The notes beneath the pieces were generated by a model. That model did no database searches. It was given only the letters and a program-made list of their open reading frames with translations, and was not told the origin of the DNA. This document shows, in pieces, positions 1 through 13,300 of a stretch of 64,000 bases of DNA; position 1 is the stretch's first letter, and the number at the start of each line of letters is the position of its first letter. Both the position numbers and the translations under genes were made by a program. This DNA comes from Adineta vaga. Its lineage: Eukaryota > Animalia > Rotifera. The stretch lies in contig CP075497.1 of the NCBI GenBank assembly GCA_021613535.1, forward strand, positions 5,642,001-5,706,000, given 5' to 3'.

Positions 1-287
1 AAACATGATGATGGACGATTAATTGATGATGATAATGAATCATTTTTTGAAAATGATCGTCGATTGAGTTTGATGTGTTGATCATTTGGATTTGTTGAAG
101 ATGAACGTACAAATGAATTCGTTGTACGAATATTTCGACTGAATTTGGTTAAAGTATGAAAGAGATTCGAAAGATGAAACGATGATCGATGTGACTGAGC
201 AGTTTTTTCAATTGATGGAGAATATTTTGAACCATGAAGAATAGGAATAGTAGTGGAAGTTTTAGGAGAATTCAAATTTGAAGACAT
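1..287 (-). CDS. 5' part of an uncharacterised Ser-rich protein, runs off the left edge
   Basis: Manual translation from ATG at 287: MSSNLNSPKTSTTIPILHGSKYSPSIEKTAQSHRSSFHLSNLFHTLTKFSRNIRTTNSFVRSSSTNPNDQHIKLNRRSFSKNDSLSSSINRPSSC..., open to the window edge; codon style matches neighbouring genes. Confidence 0.6.
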   Translation of the reverse strand, partial: MSSNLNSPKTSTTIPILHGSKYSPSIEKTAQSHRSSFHLSNLFHTLTKFSRNIRTTNSFVRSSSTNPNDQHIKLNRRSFSKNDSLSSSINRPSSC

Positions 288-697
288 TTAGAGATATTAT
301 TTCATTATTTCGATTGAAATGAATCTAGAAATTAGTAAATTTGATGAAAAATTATCGTTTTGAAGAGAGAAATTCTATGTTATTAAGATTTTGTATTTGA
401 ATACCTGAGAAAAAACGTTTGCTTCGATACAAAGGTGCGCGTTTGCTCCAGGTATGATTGTTGAAATCCAATTGGTTATCGTAAAATTTCAACGAATTAT
501 ACATTTTTAGTCTATTTTTATCAGAGAAATCGTTTTTTTCATGTTTATTTTATAAAAAAATCAATTTTATTCTTAATTTAGATGTCGCTACAATCTCCAA
601 TAATTTGAATTCACTGTAGCGCCATGTCAATCTTCAATCAACTGATTATCTCATACATCAGAAGATCAGATCTAATTTGTATTGAAATAAACAGAAA

Positions 698-3600
698 ATG
701 AGTCGTTATAAGCACTTCGATGATGAGCTTAGTACAGCAGATATTAATGAAGCAGCAGTTTTACCTGAACTTGATGTTGATGAACCAAATCAATTAGAAT
801 TTAAACCTCAACTTCGTAATTATGCATCAAATAGTTTTTCTTCAACAAATAAATTTACTATGAATTACTTGAAAATTTATATTTCAAAACGATCACGTTT
901 AGAACGTTGTTGTCTAATTATCCTAACAATTCTTCTTTTCTTCATGTTATTTTTAAGTTATCTAAAATTTTATAATCGTCAACCTGAAAGATATCAACAA
1001 GAACAACAAACACACGAACGAATATGTTTAACACCAGCATGCATACAAGTTTCATCGTCAATCTATTCAGGAATGAATGAATCAGTGAATCCATGTGATG
1101 ATTTTCATGAATTTGTATGTGGTCGATGGATAAGAACAAATATTATTCCTAAAGGTCATTCAAGTTGGTCAACAACGAAAGAATTAAGTCGAACAAATCT
1201 CATTCTATTAAAAAGTATTCTTGAACAACAAATAACAACAGATAAAACTCGAACAGATTTCAATGCTGAATATGAAGCAATGAAATTCTATCAATCTTGT
1301 ATGAATATCAATGAAATTGAAAAACAACAAATTCAACCATTAGAAATTTTATTGAAAGATAAATTCAATTTTACTTTAAATCAATGGATTCATATGGAAC
1401 AAAATCAAACATGGCAACACTTATTTGCAGCATTGACGAAAACACTTTTATCAAAATATGGTTTATCATATCTATTTCCCATATCAATTGGACCAGATGA
1501 TAAGAATTCATCGTGGAATGTCCTTCATGTAAGTCGATACTAGTTAATAATTATCTTTAGCAAACATTTCTATTCGTTGAAATAGATTAATCAACCTCAA
1601 CTTGGCCTTGATAGTCGAGATTATTATATCAACTCATCGGTTAACAATCGAAATGATCCTGATACGGATGCTCGAAATAAAATTGTAAGTGAGACAGCTA
1701 TTTTCGTAAATCACGTTATCGATTGTTACACATTGTTTAGATTCGAGATACATACATCAAAGTAGCTGCTGATGTTTTACAATTAATCGGTTTCGAAAAG
1801 AAACAAGCAGAAAAACGTATCAATGATATCATTGAATTTGAAACTGAACTTGCCGTTGTTAGTTGTAAGTTATAATGTTTTTGAAAACATTTCTTTTCTA
1901 ATTCTAATTTTAATCTAGTACCAATGGAAGTGTTACAAAAACCGAATGAAACATATTATTTAATGACTTTAAAACAACTTCAAGATTTGTATGAACCATT
2001 AGGATTAGATATTTATTCTCTTTTGAATGATATGTTAAATATCAATGTATCAAATCCAGTAAAACTGAATGAAAATCATCATGTTATTGTTCTTTCACTT
2101 GATCTAATGTCAAAAGTATCGACTATATTAAAATCTTATCTTTTAACTCCAAATAAAAGTCATATTGTTATTGATCATCTATTATTTTCACTTATTTTCG
2201 ATTTAAGTTCTCATTTATCAACTGCATTTGAAAAAATAACATTACCCTTATTGAAAGAACTCTATGGAATGGAATCATTACCTGATCGATGGGAATACTG
2301 TGTCAAAGAAACTGATGGAGCATTTGGTTATGGTCTTGGTAAATAAATTTAAAATTTAGTTCGTTTAATTGTATATTCGATTTTAGGTGCATTGTATACA
2401 AAAGCAGTATTTGGCGAAAAAGATCGGCAACAAGCGAATGAATTGATTTCGAATCTTCGTCAAATGTTTGAAGAAAATTTGGATAGAATTCTTTGGATTG
2501 ATGAACAATCGAAAGGTGAAGCAAAGAAAAAATTGAAGAAAATTTCAGAAAAAGTTGGCTATCCAGATTTTATTCATAATAAAAGCAAACTAAATGAACG
2601 GTTTGTCAATATCTATGTGTCGAGATCTTTTCCAAATCTATATTTTGTACTCTCTTCTTAATAGATATAGTGGTTATTCAATGATTGAAAATGAATATTT
2701 TAATAACAGTATTAAAGTTTTACAACGTGAACGTCAACGATCACTTTTGAAATTTCAACAAAAAGTTGATCTTATCGAGTAAAAGATGTCTTGTATCACA
2801 AAATGAAAATGATTGTTTGTTTTTCTTTCAGTTGGAGTATGACACCACGTACAGTGAATGCTTACTATACTCCATCAGCAAATGAAATTGTTTTTCCAGC
2901 TGGTATTCTTCAACCACCATTTTTTCATAAAGAAATGCCCATATCAATCAATTATGGTGCAATTGGCACGGTAAAATTTTGAATGAAGAGAAAAATATGA
3001 TATTTGTTTTTTTGATGAATTAGGTGATTGGTCATGAAATCACTCATGGTTTTGATGATCAAGGACGAGAATATGATGCTGATGGAAATATGCGTTCATG
3101 GTGGACAAAATTAGCATTGAATAAATTTGAAGAACGAACAAAATGTTTTGTCGATCAATATTCTAATTATGCAGTGGATGGACAATCTGAAAATGGACAA
3201 AGAACATTAAGTAATTATTATTATTTCAGTAATTCAATATTGCATACATATGACTAAGCAGAAATCAGTCGTAAATATTCAGATAGATATTCATTCGGAA
3301 TTGATTGAAACGTAACTTGCATGATCCAATACCAAAAGATTCTTTTCTAGTGCTAACTAATTATTTAAAATATATTGATCATTCGATTTGACTTTATTCA
3401 TAGGTGAAAATATCGCTGATAATGGTGGCTTAAAATTATCTTATCTTGCTTATCAAAAACATAAACAACGTACATTAAATAATGGCAATAATCTTCCATT
3501 ACCCGGTTTATCTTACAATAATGATCAATTATTTTTCATTGCATTTGCTCATGTATGTATAATGATTTTTCGTTTGAAAACGGTTTGATTCATAAAAGAA

Positions 3601-3791
3601 TTTATCTTTCATAGAGTTGGTGTAGTTTAGAAACTCCTAATGCTATGCATTATGATTTAATCAATGATCCACATTCACCAGCACGTTTTCGTATTCTTGG
3701 TACGATTTCTAATAGTGTCGAATTTGCTCAAGCATTTTCATGTCAATCAAAAACACGAATGAATCCAAATCAAAAATGTCATTTATGGTAA
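698..3791 (+). CDS. M13 family zinc metallopeptidase (neprilysin / endothelin-converting enzyme-like), type II membrane protein, multi-exon
   Basis: N-terminal TM helix; CLTPAC and [15 protein letters not shown] motifs; VNAYY, HEITH zinc motif, [13 protein letters not shown] and terminal KCHLW* (TAA 3789-3791); ORF pieces join through short GT-AG introns. Confidence 0.95.
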
Positions 3792-4320
3792 ACAATTCTT
3801 TGAGCTTATCGAACAGTTTTGAATTGAATCGAGTGTTTCTTTTGCAATGAAGTGCAATTAAATTATCTTATGTACAAATAAAAATTTTCAATGAGCTTTT
3901 TGTATTGTAGAGTTTGATTGTTTTTATGTTGTCGAACAAATCAATTTTTTTGTTGCATTTTAAATGTTTTGTTTTTGAGTTTTACTTTTCGCAATTATTT
4001 ATCATTGTAAATACATATTAATAATTCAAATACGCATCAATTCTTTTAGTTGACTCTAATCGATTTATCTTATTATGTCTTCTAAGAAGCTTTGCTATCA
4101 GATAAACATTGATAACATATCGTAATACAATTCATTTTTTTACAAGACTATTTGTCGAAACAGGTAATATTTCAACAAACAATTGTATCTATAAACTGAA
4201 TAAATACGACGAGTACATAGCAATTATCAGTGGTTGTTTTCTAATTCTTATTTCTATCATCTATTTTATCACAGAAATAACACACACACACATATATATA
4301 TACATAAAAAGAAACATGCA

Positions 4321-5686
4321 TCAATGTTCTACAAAATCTCTATAAAACAAATCTTGAATATAGAGTAAAATAGCAATTGGCTGAATCAATATTAATGATA
4401 TCCATACTGCGATATTTCCATAAGTTTTATTTTCGGCTTTAACTCGTTTTACTGCTAAACCCATTGGAACTTGTATGATTATCGCCAGAAAACTCCATGG
4501 ACGAATCATTCGTAATGGTACACTAACTAAATACTAAAAACAAAATAAAATTAATATTGATAAGAAAATATAAAAATCTATTTTTATTACTTCATGAAAC
4601 AAAGCACTAATTGCAAATACGACGAATGAACCAAGTAGTTTACTAAAACCTAATTGCGTAACCAATGGAATATAAACATGTCGTTTACAAAAATCATGTA
4701 CACTTGTATTCCATCGATTCCAAAATTCATATAAATCAGTTGCATTCCACCAATCACGATAGAATAATCGATCACCAAAACATAATAATTCTGCTAATAG
4801 ATTTAATGTTGAATGAAAATAAACATAGAATAATAATAGCCAAATAAAATGATTTGGTAAAGCCAAACGTAAAAGACGTTCAATATTTTCTAAAAGTGAA
4901 TATTGATTCAATGGTCGATCCAGTGTACGTAATATTGGTAAGATCCATTGTTGACTTAGACAATATTGTAAAGAAAAAATGACTAACATTTCACCAAAAC
5001 GTCGACAAATGAAACCTTTTCGAATGCGTGGTGAACGAGGAAAATTTAATTGATAGCAAAGTGTTGGTGCAACTATGAAATAGTAAAGATTTCTTATTGT
5101 TAAATTTTGTGGATAGATTATACAATCTTTCGATTGAATTGTTCCATCATGTTTTTTCTCAAATAAATCTTGTCGACATCGATAATTAATATGTGTATAC
5201 GAAACTAATTTTAAGAATACAATCGAATACAAACATACAGCTACAAATGCACCTGCTGGATTTGGTTGACAATGGTTAATATATAGAGCAGGAAAGATAA
5301 GAATTGAACTCAGATTAATTATTTGAAGAAAAGTGAAATACGTTTGTAACCAATATCTACTTAATCTGATTTCAAACCAAAATTGAATGAGAATAAAGAT
5401 ATTAATTAATGGAATTAAAAGTACCTAGAAGAGAAAACTAAAGAACTTAGTGAAATTTGTTTTCTTGTATATGACGTATACGAACTGATGGCCAATTAGT
5501 TGGATCTTGAAGAAATCTTAACGGCCAATTAAATTCAACTAATAATCCATACTTAAGAATATTCTCAAGTACAAGACGAAAACTTCCGATGCCCAAAATA
5601 ACATAAAGAAGATTAAGAAAACCACGATAGTTCTCATAACCACTCGATGATGATAATAATGACGGTCTATCTGCCATTGTTGTCAT
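4321..5686 (-). CDS. DGAT1: Diacylglycerol O-acyltransferase 1 (MBOAT family), 3 exons
   Basis: SLLSSSSGYENYRGFLNL, ENILKYG, LKLVSY, APTLCYQLNFPRSPRIRK, FGDRLFYRDWWN, SALFHE|YLVSVP catalytic His, YGNIAVWISLILIQP; introns near 5425-5485 and 4535-4590. Confidence 0.93.
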
Positions 5687-6795
5687 ACTTTAATTATATA
5701 TTAAAACGAGACTAGCAGTCATTCGATGTGTAATATATTAAAGAATATATTGTTTCGATTATTGTTATATATTTATATATATATGCATATGAAAAGAAGA
5801 GCAGAGAAGAGAAGACAAGAGAGAAAAAACACAACACGCGAAGTACATTACGTATGATAAAAGATAGACACTCATAGTCATGCGCTGTGCGAGTGATTTC
5901 TTTCAAAATGACATATGGGTCAACTTGTATGAGAAATCATATATTTGTTTGTATCGAATGATTTCGATGATTTTATTCGTTTGTCTCTCGAAATTTCCGC
6001 ATGATTTTCTGACTGATTTATTTGATTCTTTTGCTATAAAATAAAGTCGATACTATATTTAGACAGAACCAACAATGAACTATATTTATGTCTTATAAAT
6101 TGTATTGACACGTAATGGATCCAATTACAGAATCTAACGAGCAAAAGATACACTTAACGAACATTAGTGTCATCAACTCTATTGTTCTGTCATCTTGAGT
6201 TACATATTTTGTTCAATAATCATATGAAGACGAAAGGAAGAAACTCTCTCGTCTCTCATCTATGTCGTTAAAAATTCAAGTTGTATTATTATGATTGTTC
6301 GATTTCAAAAAAATATTAGAGATAAGATACAGAAGAAATCATTAAGAATTACTTCTGCTCTCATCAATCTATTTTTTCCTCAAGATTAATAAGAGAAAAT
6401 CTCTCATTTTCTTCTCATCTATGATTATTTCGAGCTATATATTGAATAAAGATTAAACTCTGATTGTCTATACATAGAACAGACGGATTTGTTAGTTCAG
6501 GTAATCTTTTCATCAATAACAATTTTCTGTCGATTCTTTACAAAACGTGATAATCAATCAAGTATTGCCATCACAAAATAAGATGAGAAATAGTTATTAA
6601 ATGGATTAGTATTACGATGATATTTTCGAAAATAAGTAGAGATAATGGATTGTTATTTAGTTTTGTTGTTTAAGAAAAAAAAATTCTAGATCGTTTTTTG
6701 TAATTTTTATTTAAGGGTTGTGAGTGATTGGAAACGTAGATTTCTTTTTCTTGGTCTTCTGATCTCGATTTTGTCAGTTGTACAAGAAAAAAAGA

Positions 6796-6867
6796 TGCCC
6801 CCACGCAGGATTGAACTACGGACCTCCAGTTTACAAGACTGGCGCTCTACCACTGAGCTATAGGGGC
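6796..6867 (-). tRNA. tRNA-Thr(TGT)
   Basis: Reverse complement GCCCCTATAGCTCAGTGGTAGAGCGCCAGTCTTGTAAACTGGAGGTCCGTAGTTCAATCCTGCGTGGGGGCA: cloverleaf, A/B boxes, anticodon stem CCAGT/ACTGG with loop CT-TGT-AA, followed by an oligo-T Pol III terminator. Confidence 0.96.
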
Positions 6868-7033
6868 TACGATGCGTCATAATCACATCCTCAAAGATCC
6901 CTCGGACCAGCAATCTAATATACTTTTATAAACTTCTTTACTTTTTCTACATATTTGATGAATTCAGTTGTTTTCACTTTGTTTTAGATATTTATATTAT
7001 CATAAAGATCTTTATATCCTATTTCCCGACGCA

Positions 7034-7581
7034 ATGATTTCATCAAGTTTTATTTTTTTACAACTATTCATTGTTGTTCTCATTATGGTATCATTTACAA
7101 CAACAACGAAAATATCTCAATCAACAGAGGATGTAACATTCCAACATCATAATAGCAAAGTTTGTTCAATCTTCGAATTTTCTATCAGTTAATATTTTTG
7201 TTTTCGTTTTTTTCTTAGCATCATTCCCCATCTACTCTTGCAGATCAATCTAAACAAGTTGCTCTCAATGATGTCGCTAATAATGATGATGATGATGATG
7301 ATTTAAGTGCAAATCATAGTGATGAAGAAGAAGAAGAAGATCGTAATAATGGTCATCAACGTCATCATAATCAAGCAGAATGGTCTCCAGTAGTTCACAA
7401 ACGTTATGCAAAAAAATTAGTTCGTGCTGGCAGTTCGGGCATTAGTGGTAGTGATGGTCGTCTTTGGGCAATTCCATATCGTTTTGGTAAACGAGTTGTT
7501 ATTCCTGCTATGCCTTATCGATTTGGTAAACGTGCAGCAGCCATGCACTTTCGACACGAAAAGAAAAACGCCGCTCTGTAG
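7034..7581 (+). CDS. RFamide neuropeptide precursor (162 aa, exons 7034-7159 and 7219-7581)
   Basis: Hydrophobic signal peptide MISSSFIFLQLFIVVLIMVSF; phase-0 intron 7160-7218 (gtttgt...ttag); acidic D/E spacer; then KR-YAKKLVRAGSSGISGSDGRLWAIPYRF-GKR-VVIPAMPYRF-GKR-AAAMHFRHEKKNAAL*; AATAAA downstream. Confidence 0.9.
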
Positions 7582-9734
7582 ATATCTGGCGTAGTTTTCA
7601 TAAAAATACAAATAAAGAATTTGTTGTCTAAGAAATGTTAATTACAATTAAATATGAAATATTCTTCAATAAAAAAAATGCACACATACTAATAATCATC
7701 TATCTTGTTTTTCGAAACTATTCTTCTGAATGTATCAGAACGATCAATCTCTATAGATAATAATTATTTGATTGCAAAAAAGGCATTAGTTTTTCATTCC
7801 AAGAGTTTTATTTCCTTAGGATAAATTCTATTTTCCTCTAATTATACTTGATTGTATGTCTGTTTTTTAAGCGTCTTTCGAGCGAGATATGAATTATATG
7901 TAGATTATATTCATTAACAATTAAATATTCCATGATTTCTTAGATTTTCTTAAGCGTATTGCACGTAATGAACATTCTTGTTGTTCGTTATTAATAGAAT
8001 CGAGGACAGAATGCATTATGTTCTACGATGTTTAAAATGAACGTTGACAAAAATGATTGATTGTAAGTTATTTTTATCGTTAAGACTTGCTTTAAGATAG
8101 TAGTAAATAATTTATTTAACGAGAGCACTCATTATTTGACACAACGACAATATAAAATATGTCAATATTCTACTTTTCAGAACAATAAGCACACATTTAC
8201 ATCCTTTTCCAGTTATTTTTCCTCAATCATTAAATTCTACCTCATTTCATCGTGTCGATATGTTTTTCCTTCTGAGTTCATTCTTTATAATAATATGATT
8301 TCGTTTTCTTTTCATTTGTTTTTGTATTGAGAAAAAGTTTCTATGTTGATATGTATTACTAATAACCGTCTCCATAGAGATTAACGAGGTTAGGATAAAG
8401 CAACAATTGTATTATCTATTTCTTCAGATGTGTTAGAGCACGTTCTGTTGTTCGACACAGCGCGATGTGTCGTCTTTTTTCTTGTGTGTTCTGTACGTTA
8501 AGACAGCCTAAATATATTCCTACGCGTCGACCATCTTTGTACATCCGGTCAATAAGAAAGCAGAGAAAAGAAAGAAGGAAATATTCTCGAGCATTACTAA
8601 AAATAAATAGCAAAGGAGTGAAGAAAGATAAGTATTACAGTGAAAAAAAAACCCGAGAAGAACAGAGGAATAAAGAAATCTACATAATCTATCTGAATAT
8701 CCTAGTCGTTAGATGAATTTATTAGAAGATATTCGAGGAAAACAATAGATTGACTATAATAATATGAGAAATCTGGGCATGATCTTCGATGAGTCCTATA
8801 TGTTTCTATAGAATTCAATTCATTTTTTCATCCGTGTTTAGCTAGCAGATATATTGAGATATAATTTATCTTGTTAAGATATTTTTCTTTTCAAAAGAAA
8901 AGTGAATGCTTATAGGAGTAACAAATTAAATCAATTAGTAATAATAAAGAATACTGAAACGATTTATATAATTTATTATTCATATAAGCAACATACAATA
9001 TAGACTCTTTTTTTTCTTTCCGTATTAGAGATTTATTTTAATTAAGTATGAGAAATAGAATCCTAGCAGTCAATAGGATCTACATCGATAAACAGATTTA
9101 ATCAACAGAAAAAAAATTCTTATCAATAAATCTGTCAGATTTTATGAAAAAATTTGTATGGCTGATAATAAACACACCCTCTCCTTGGAGTGCATTTATT
9201 TTTATCGTCTTGAAGAAAAATCTCAAAGAATTTTGTATAAACACGTTCGAGATATCTTGAAAGTGCTTACCTTCTTTATCGAAATCTTTTTAGCCACGTT
9301 TTTTTTTCTGCTGAATTTTTCTTATTTTATCATGTGACAAAAGACTTGCCTATATATGCCTATCTCTTTATAATGCAGTTAATTTACTAAGAAAAAAAGA
9401 GAAATTTGAACATGTGCTCTTAGCTATAAGTCAATATAAGCATGTGTCTTCGATTTATATGTTTGCGCGGTATATTTTCTCTTCTTCTCTCTCTTCTTCT
9501 TTTTCTTCTTCTCTGTTACATATCACTATAATACCCAAACGAAATATGATCGGACTTAATCAATGCAAGAAAGAAAGAACGATGCACCGAATAGCATCAA
9601 ACTATTTTTACAATCATTAACCTTTTTCGATTTGTTTTTTTTTTCAGGTAGAAAATTTCATTTAATTGATTAACAATTATTCTATGCCAAATTTAACAAA
9701 ACATTTATATCTATATGAATATTCAAGATTAATC

Positions 9735-12529
9735 ATGGCAACTCGTTTTCGTAAACGTTCACATATTCTTTATATACTTGTAACATTAAATATAGTTTTC
9801 TTTCTTATTGTCTATCGTCGACTTATTTTAATTACACCATCATCAATATCATCGTTGGATTTATCTATTACTTCATATATTGATAATAATTTAAACGATG
9901 ATTTTGATCAATTTTCAACATTATCGTCATCCGTTTGTTATATACCTCGATTTGATCCATGGGATCAGAGTATAGCGAAATCTATACGTATTAAACCACG
10001 ATATCGTTGTCCAATGAATAAACAAAATTTAATTAATGTTATTAATAATACCTATTTAGTTTTCAATCAAACTGTAAATCAAACCTACTTTTCATCAGCA
10101 ATCACACATTGTGTTTACTTAAAAGTTGGAAGAAATTCTGAAGAGAAATTTTTCCGTGATTGGTCATATACATTATCCGAACCGATATTAATTATGAATG
10201 GATATACCGGTCCAATAATAGATGCTGATTTTGTTTTAACACGATGTTATAATAATCAAAAGGAACATTCCAATGGAAGTTTATTTTGGTAAGACAAGAA
10301 TAGAGTTTCATCACTGAATCTTTTCATTTTAAAAATTAGATATCGATCAAATATTTATGGAAGAAATCTATGAGTATTTTACTACATTAATCATTGTCAA
10401 GGCTGTTTCTTCTTTTTTCTAAGATGCGCATGCCATTTATTATTTACGAACACATCCGTAGAGATCTTCGACATCGATGATAGAGTAAACTCATTGGAGG
10501 ATTTGATTTTCATTTGTACTGACAATGAATAGTGAATATAATGATGAAGTGATGGTTTCCGAAATATTTTATTATCAGAAAGAGAAGAATTTGTTTCGTC
10601 TAATGAAATTTCCTTAGAAAATTGAAGTGCATCCGTTAAGAAAAAGTTTCTAAAGAATATAAAACATAACTAACATGTTTGTTAATGCAAATTTTCGTCC
10701 GTTTAGTGGTTCTAATTGTTCTACAAATGTAAAAATCAATCCTGTTGATAAGAAAAGTTCATCAACAGCTAAAGGTCCTAGTCTCGTTTACGAATATATT
10801 CATCCATTATTTCGATTGAAAAAATCTCGATTTTCTCGTGAAACATGGTTGAATAAAGAAACATCGACTTGGATGTCAAAATTCATATCATCATCCGTTC
10901 CTGATCGTTCACCACCATCAGTCATTATGATTATCCTTGATGCTGTTAGTGATTTACAAGCTCGTCGAGCTTTACCTCAAACACTATCATATTTAAAATC
11001 TCAAGGTTTATTTACATTTCAACGACATGCTATAGTAGGAGATGGTACATTTGAAAATATTGTTCCTATGTTATTCGGTCAATCAGCAGTTAATTATCAA
11101 AAACCAAATATAAATGATAGCCGATATGAATTTACTCGAACAGAAACTAAAGTTGAACCTAAAACCAAACGACGTTATCAAATTAAAAAGACCATACATT
11201 ATCCTGGACCCTACGATGATTATCCATTTATAATAAAGAATTTTTCTCAATTAAATTATACAACTTTTTTCAGTGAAGAATGGCGTGAAAGTGCTTTTTA
11301 TAATTTAAAAAATGGTTTTCGTCAACAACCAACAGATTTCTATCTTCGACCTTATTGGTTATCGTTATATGAAACAATGTCTTACAATAAATATGCAGGA
11401 AATTCGAATCCCAAACCGTGTTATTTAAATAAATTACTACATTTTCTTTCGTTAGAATGGCTAGAACAGTTTCTTAATCTTCATCATAAAACACCGGACT
11501 ATCCAACATTTGGTATAATGAAAATGAATGAAATGAGTCATGATTATTTAGAAAGATTATTTTGGATTGATTATGATTTGAAAAACTTTTTTGAAAATTT
11601 ATTTCAAAAAAATCTTTTGAATAATACAATATTAATCTTTTGTGGTGATCATGGACATCGACAACATCGTTTGCGATTGACACGCATTGGAAGTTTTGAA
11701 GTTAAATTACCATTTTTTTCGATGTTATTTCCAAAATCTTATAAACAACAATTTCCACAAGCAATGAAAAATTTGAAAAATAATGAACAAAGTATGTATG
11801 AAGATGATGAATTAAACACTACTATTATTATTTTTCTATTTAGTGCTCACTTCTTGGTGGGATGTATATGAAACCTTAGCAAATATTTTGAAAATGGTTG
11901 AACAACCAAATATATTCGATCCGTTGTTAGTCAAATGGCATCCAACTACATCGGGTACATCACTTTTTCATCCGATTCCGGAACGAAATTGTTCATCAGC
12001 TGGTGTTCCTGGTAAGAAATCAAATAATTTCTAATTATAAACTTTTCCATTTTTTCTCTCAGAAAAATATTGTCCATGTTCACGTAGTACTCCACTTGAC
12101 ATAACATTGCCTGTGATTAAAAACTTAGCATTAGCAGGTGTCGACCATATCAATAATGTTAAATTAAAATCACATACACATCTATGTCTTCCACTTGAAT
12201 TAAAAAATATTGTACGTGCTGAAGTCGAAAAATTATCAATACCAAAACAAGTCAATAATAATAAAACCTTCGCAACGAATTTTACTCATTCATACACAGT
12301 ACTTTTTGAAGTTTCACCATCTGGTGGTATTTTTGAAAGTCGTCTTCTCTATCATGAACAAACGAAAAAAATACAACTGCATAGCGAGATTCTTCGTGTT
12401 AATCTTTATGGTCAAACATCGTCTTGTATTCACGATAAATATGAATTGCGTTCATTTTGTTATTGCATATCATACCATCAAAAATTGAAAACGAATCAAT
12501 CGATTTCAGTCACAACACAATTTGCCTGA
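9735..12529 (+). CDS. DUF229-like protein (alkaline phosphatase/sulfatase superfamily), type II membrane, 4 exons
   Basis: N-terminal TM anchor, CYIPRFDPWD, SVIMIILDAVS, VGDGTFENIVPML, GFRQQPTDFYLRP, SHD, GDHG, GTSLFHPIPERNCSSAGVP..YCPC and RVNLYGQTSSCI...LRSFCYC, motifs recognised from DUF229 proteins. Start could alternatively be the upstream in-frame ATG. Confidence 0.85.
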
Positions 12530-12983
12530 ATTCAAACGGTAAATAATTCAACGACCATCATTAAAAACTATCTATCAATCAAATCTACTCGTATATTTTA
12601 TGATCTTTCATATCATTTGATCGCCGGCGATCATATTTTCTTTTTGTTTGTTTTTTATTCTGTTATTATTATTATTATTATTATAAAATAAAGATTATCA
12701 AGCAATGTTCTATTCAAGTGATTAATGATGTATGAGAAAGATATGCGTTTTCGAGAAGATCAATACAGTAATTTACTTGATAAATTGAATAATACTATTT
12801 TCAAAACAACCAATGAGAAGAACAAACTTAAAGAAGATATTCATATACTTCTATTTTTTTTTCTATTCGCTATTGTAAATGAAACTTTGAGTACATCATC
12901 TTTATATCAAAGCAAGATATAGTTCTTGCTGCTTAGATATTATTTATTGCATGATTAAATATGAAATAGAATAAAGGATAAAA

Positions 12984-13300
12984 TTAACTTTCACAAGCCT
13001 TACAATCACATGATTTAATGTGTATGTATTTGGCGTCTACGTGGTATCGAGGAGTACCAATAGCTTCACAACTCATCGTTATGATTTCTGTATATACTTC
13101 GCTTGGTGAACAACACGTACAAGTTGAATTACCAAATTTATAAACTTCATTGCCTATTTCTAGCATATTACTTGCACCCGACTCACAACCACCAGTACAT
13201 CGTTCACGTGAAACTTCAGTGATAGATATACATTTACCATCGTTGACTTTAATACGTTCAGCAGGTAATATTTCAAGACGACACGTACTTTCGACTAAAA
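12984..13300 (-). other. C-terminal cystine knot (CTCK) domain exon of the giant gene
   Basis: C...C...RCTGGC...CTCC.P...C...IKSCDCKAC* spacing typical of mucin/VWF/SCO-spondin CTCK. Confidence 0.9.

Noticed and set aside
6707-6913. 68-aa ORF
   Set aside because: Translation through the tRNA-Thr gene.
7700-9620. Short ORFs in the intergenic/5' region of the DUF229-like gene
   Set aside because: Low-complexity AT-rich sequence, no recognisable motifs or coherent exon structure.
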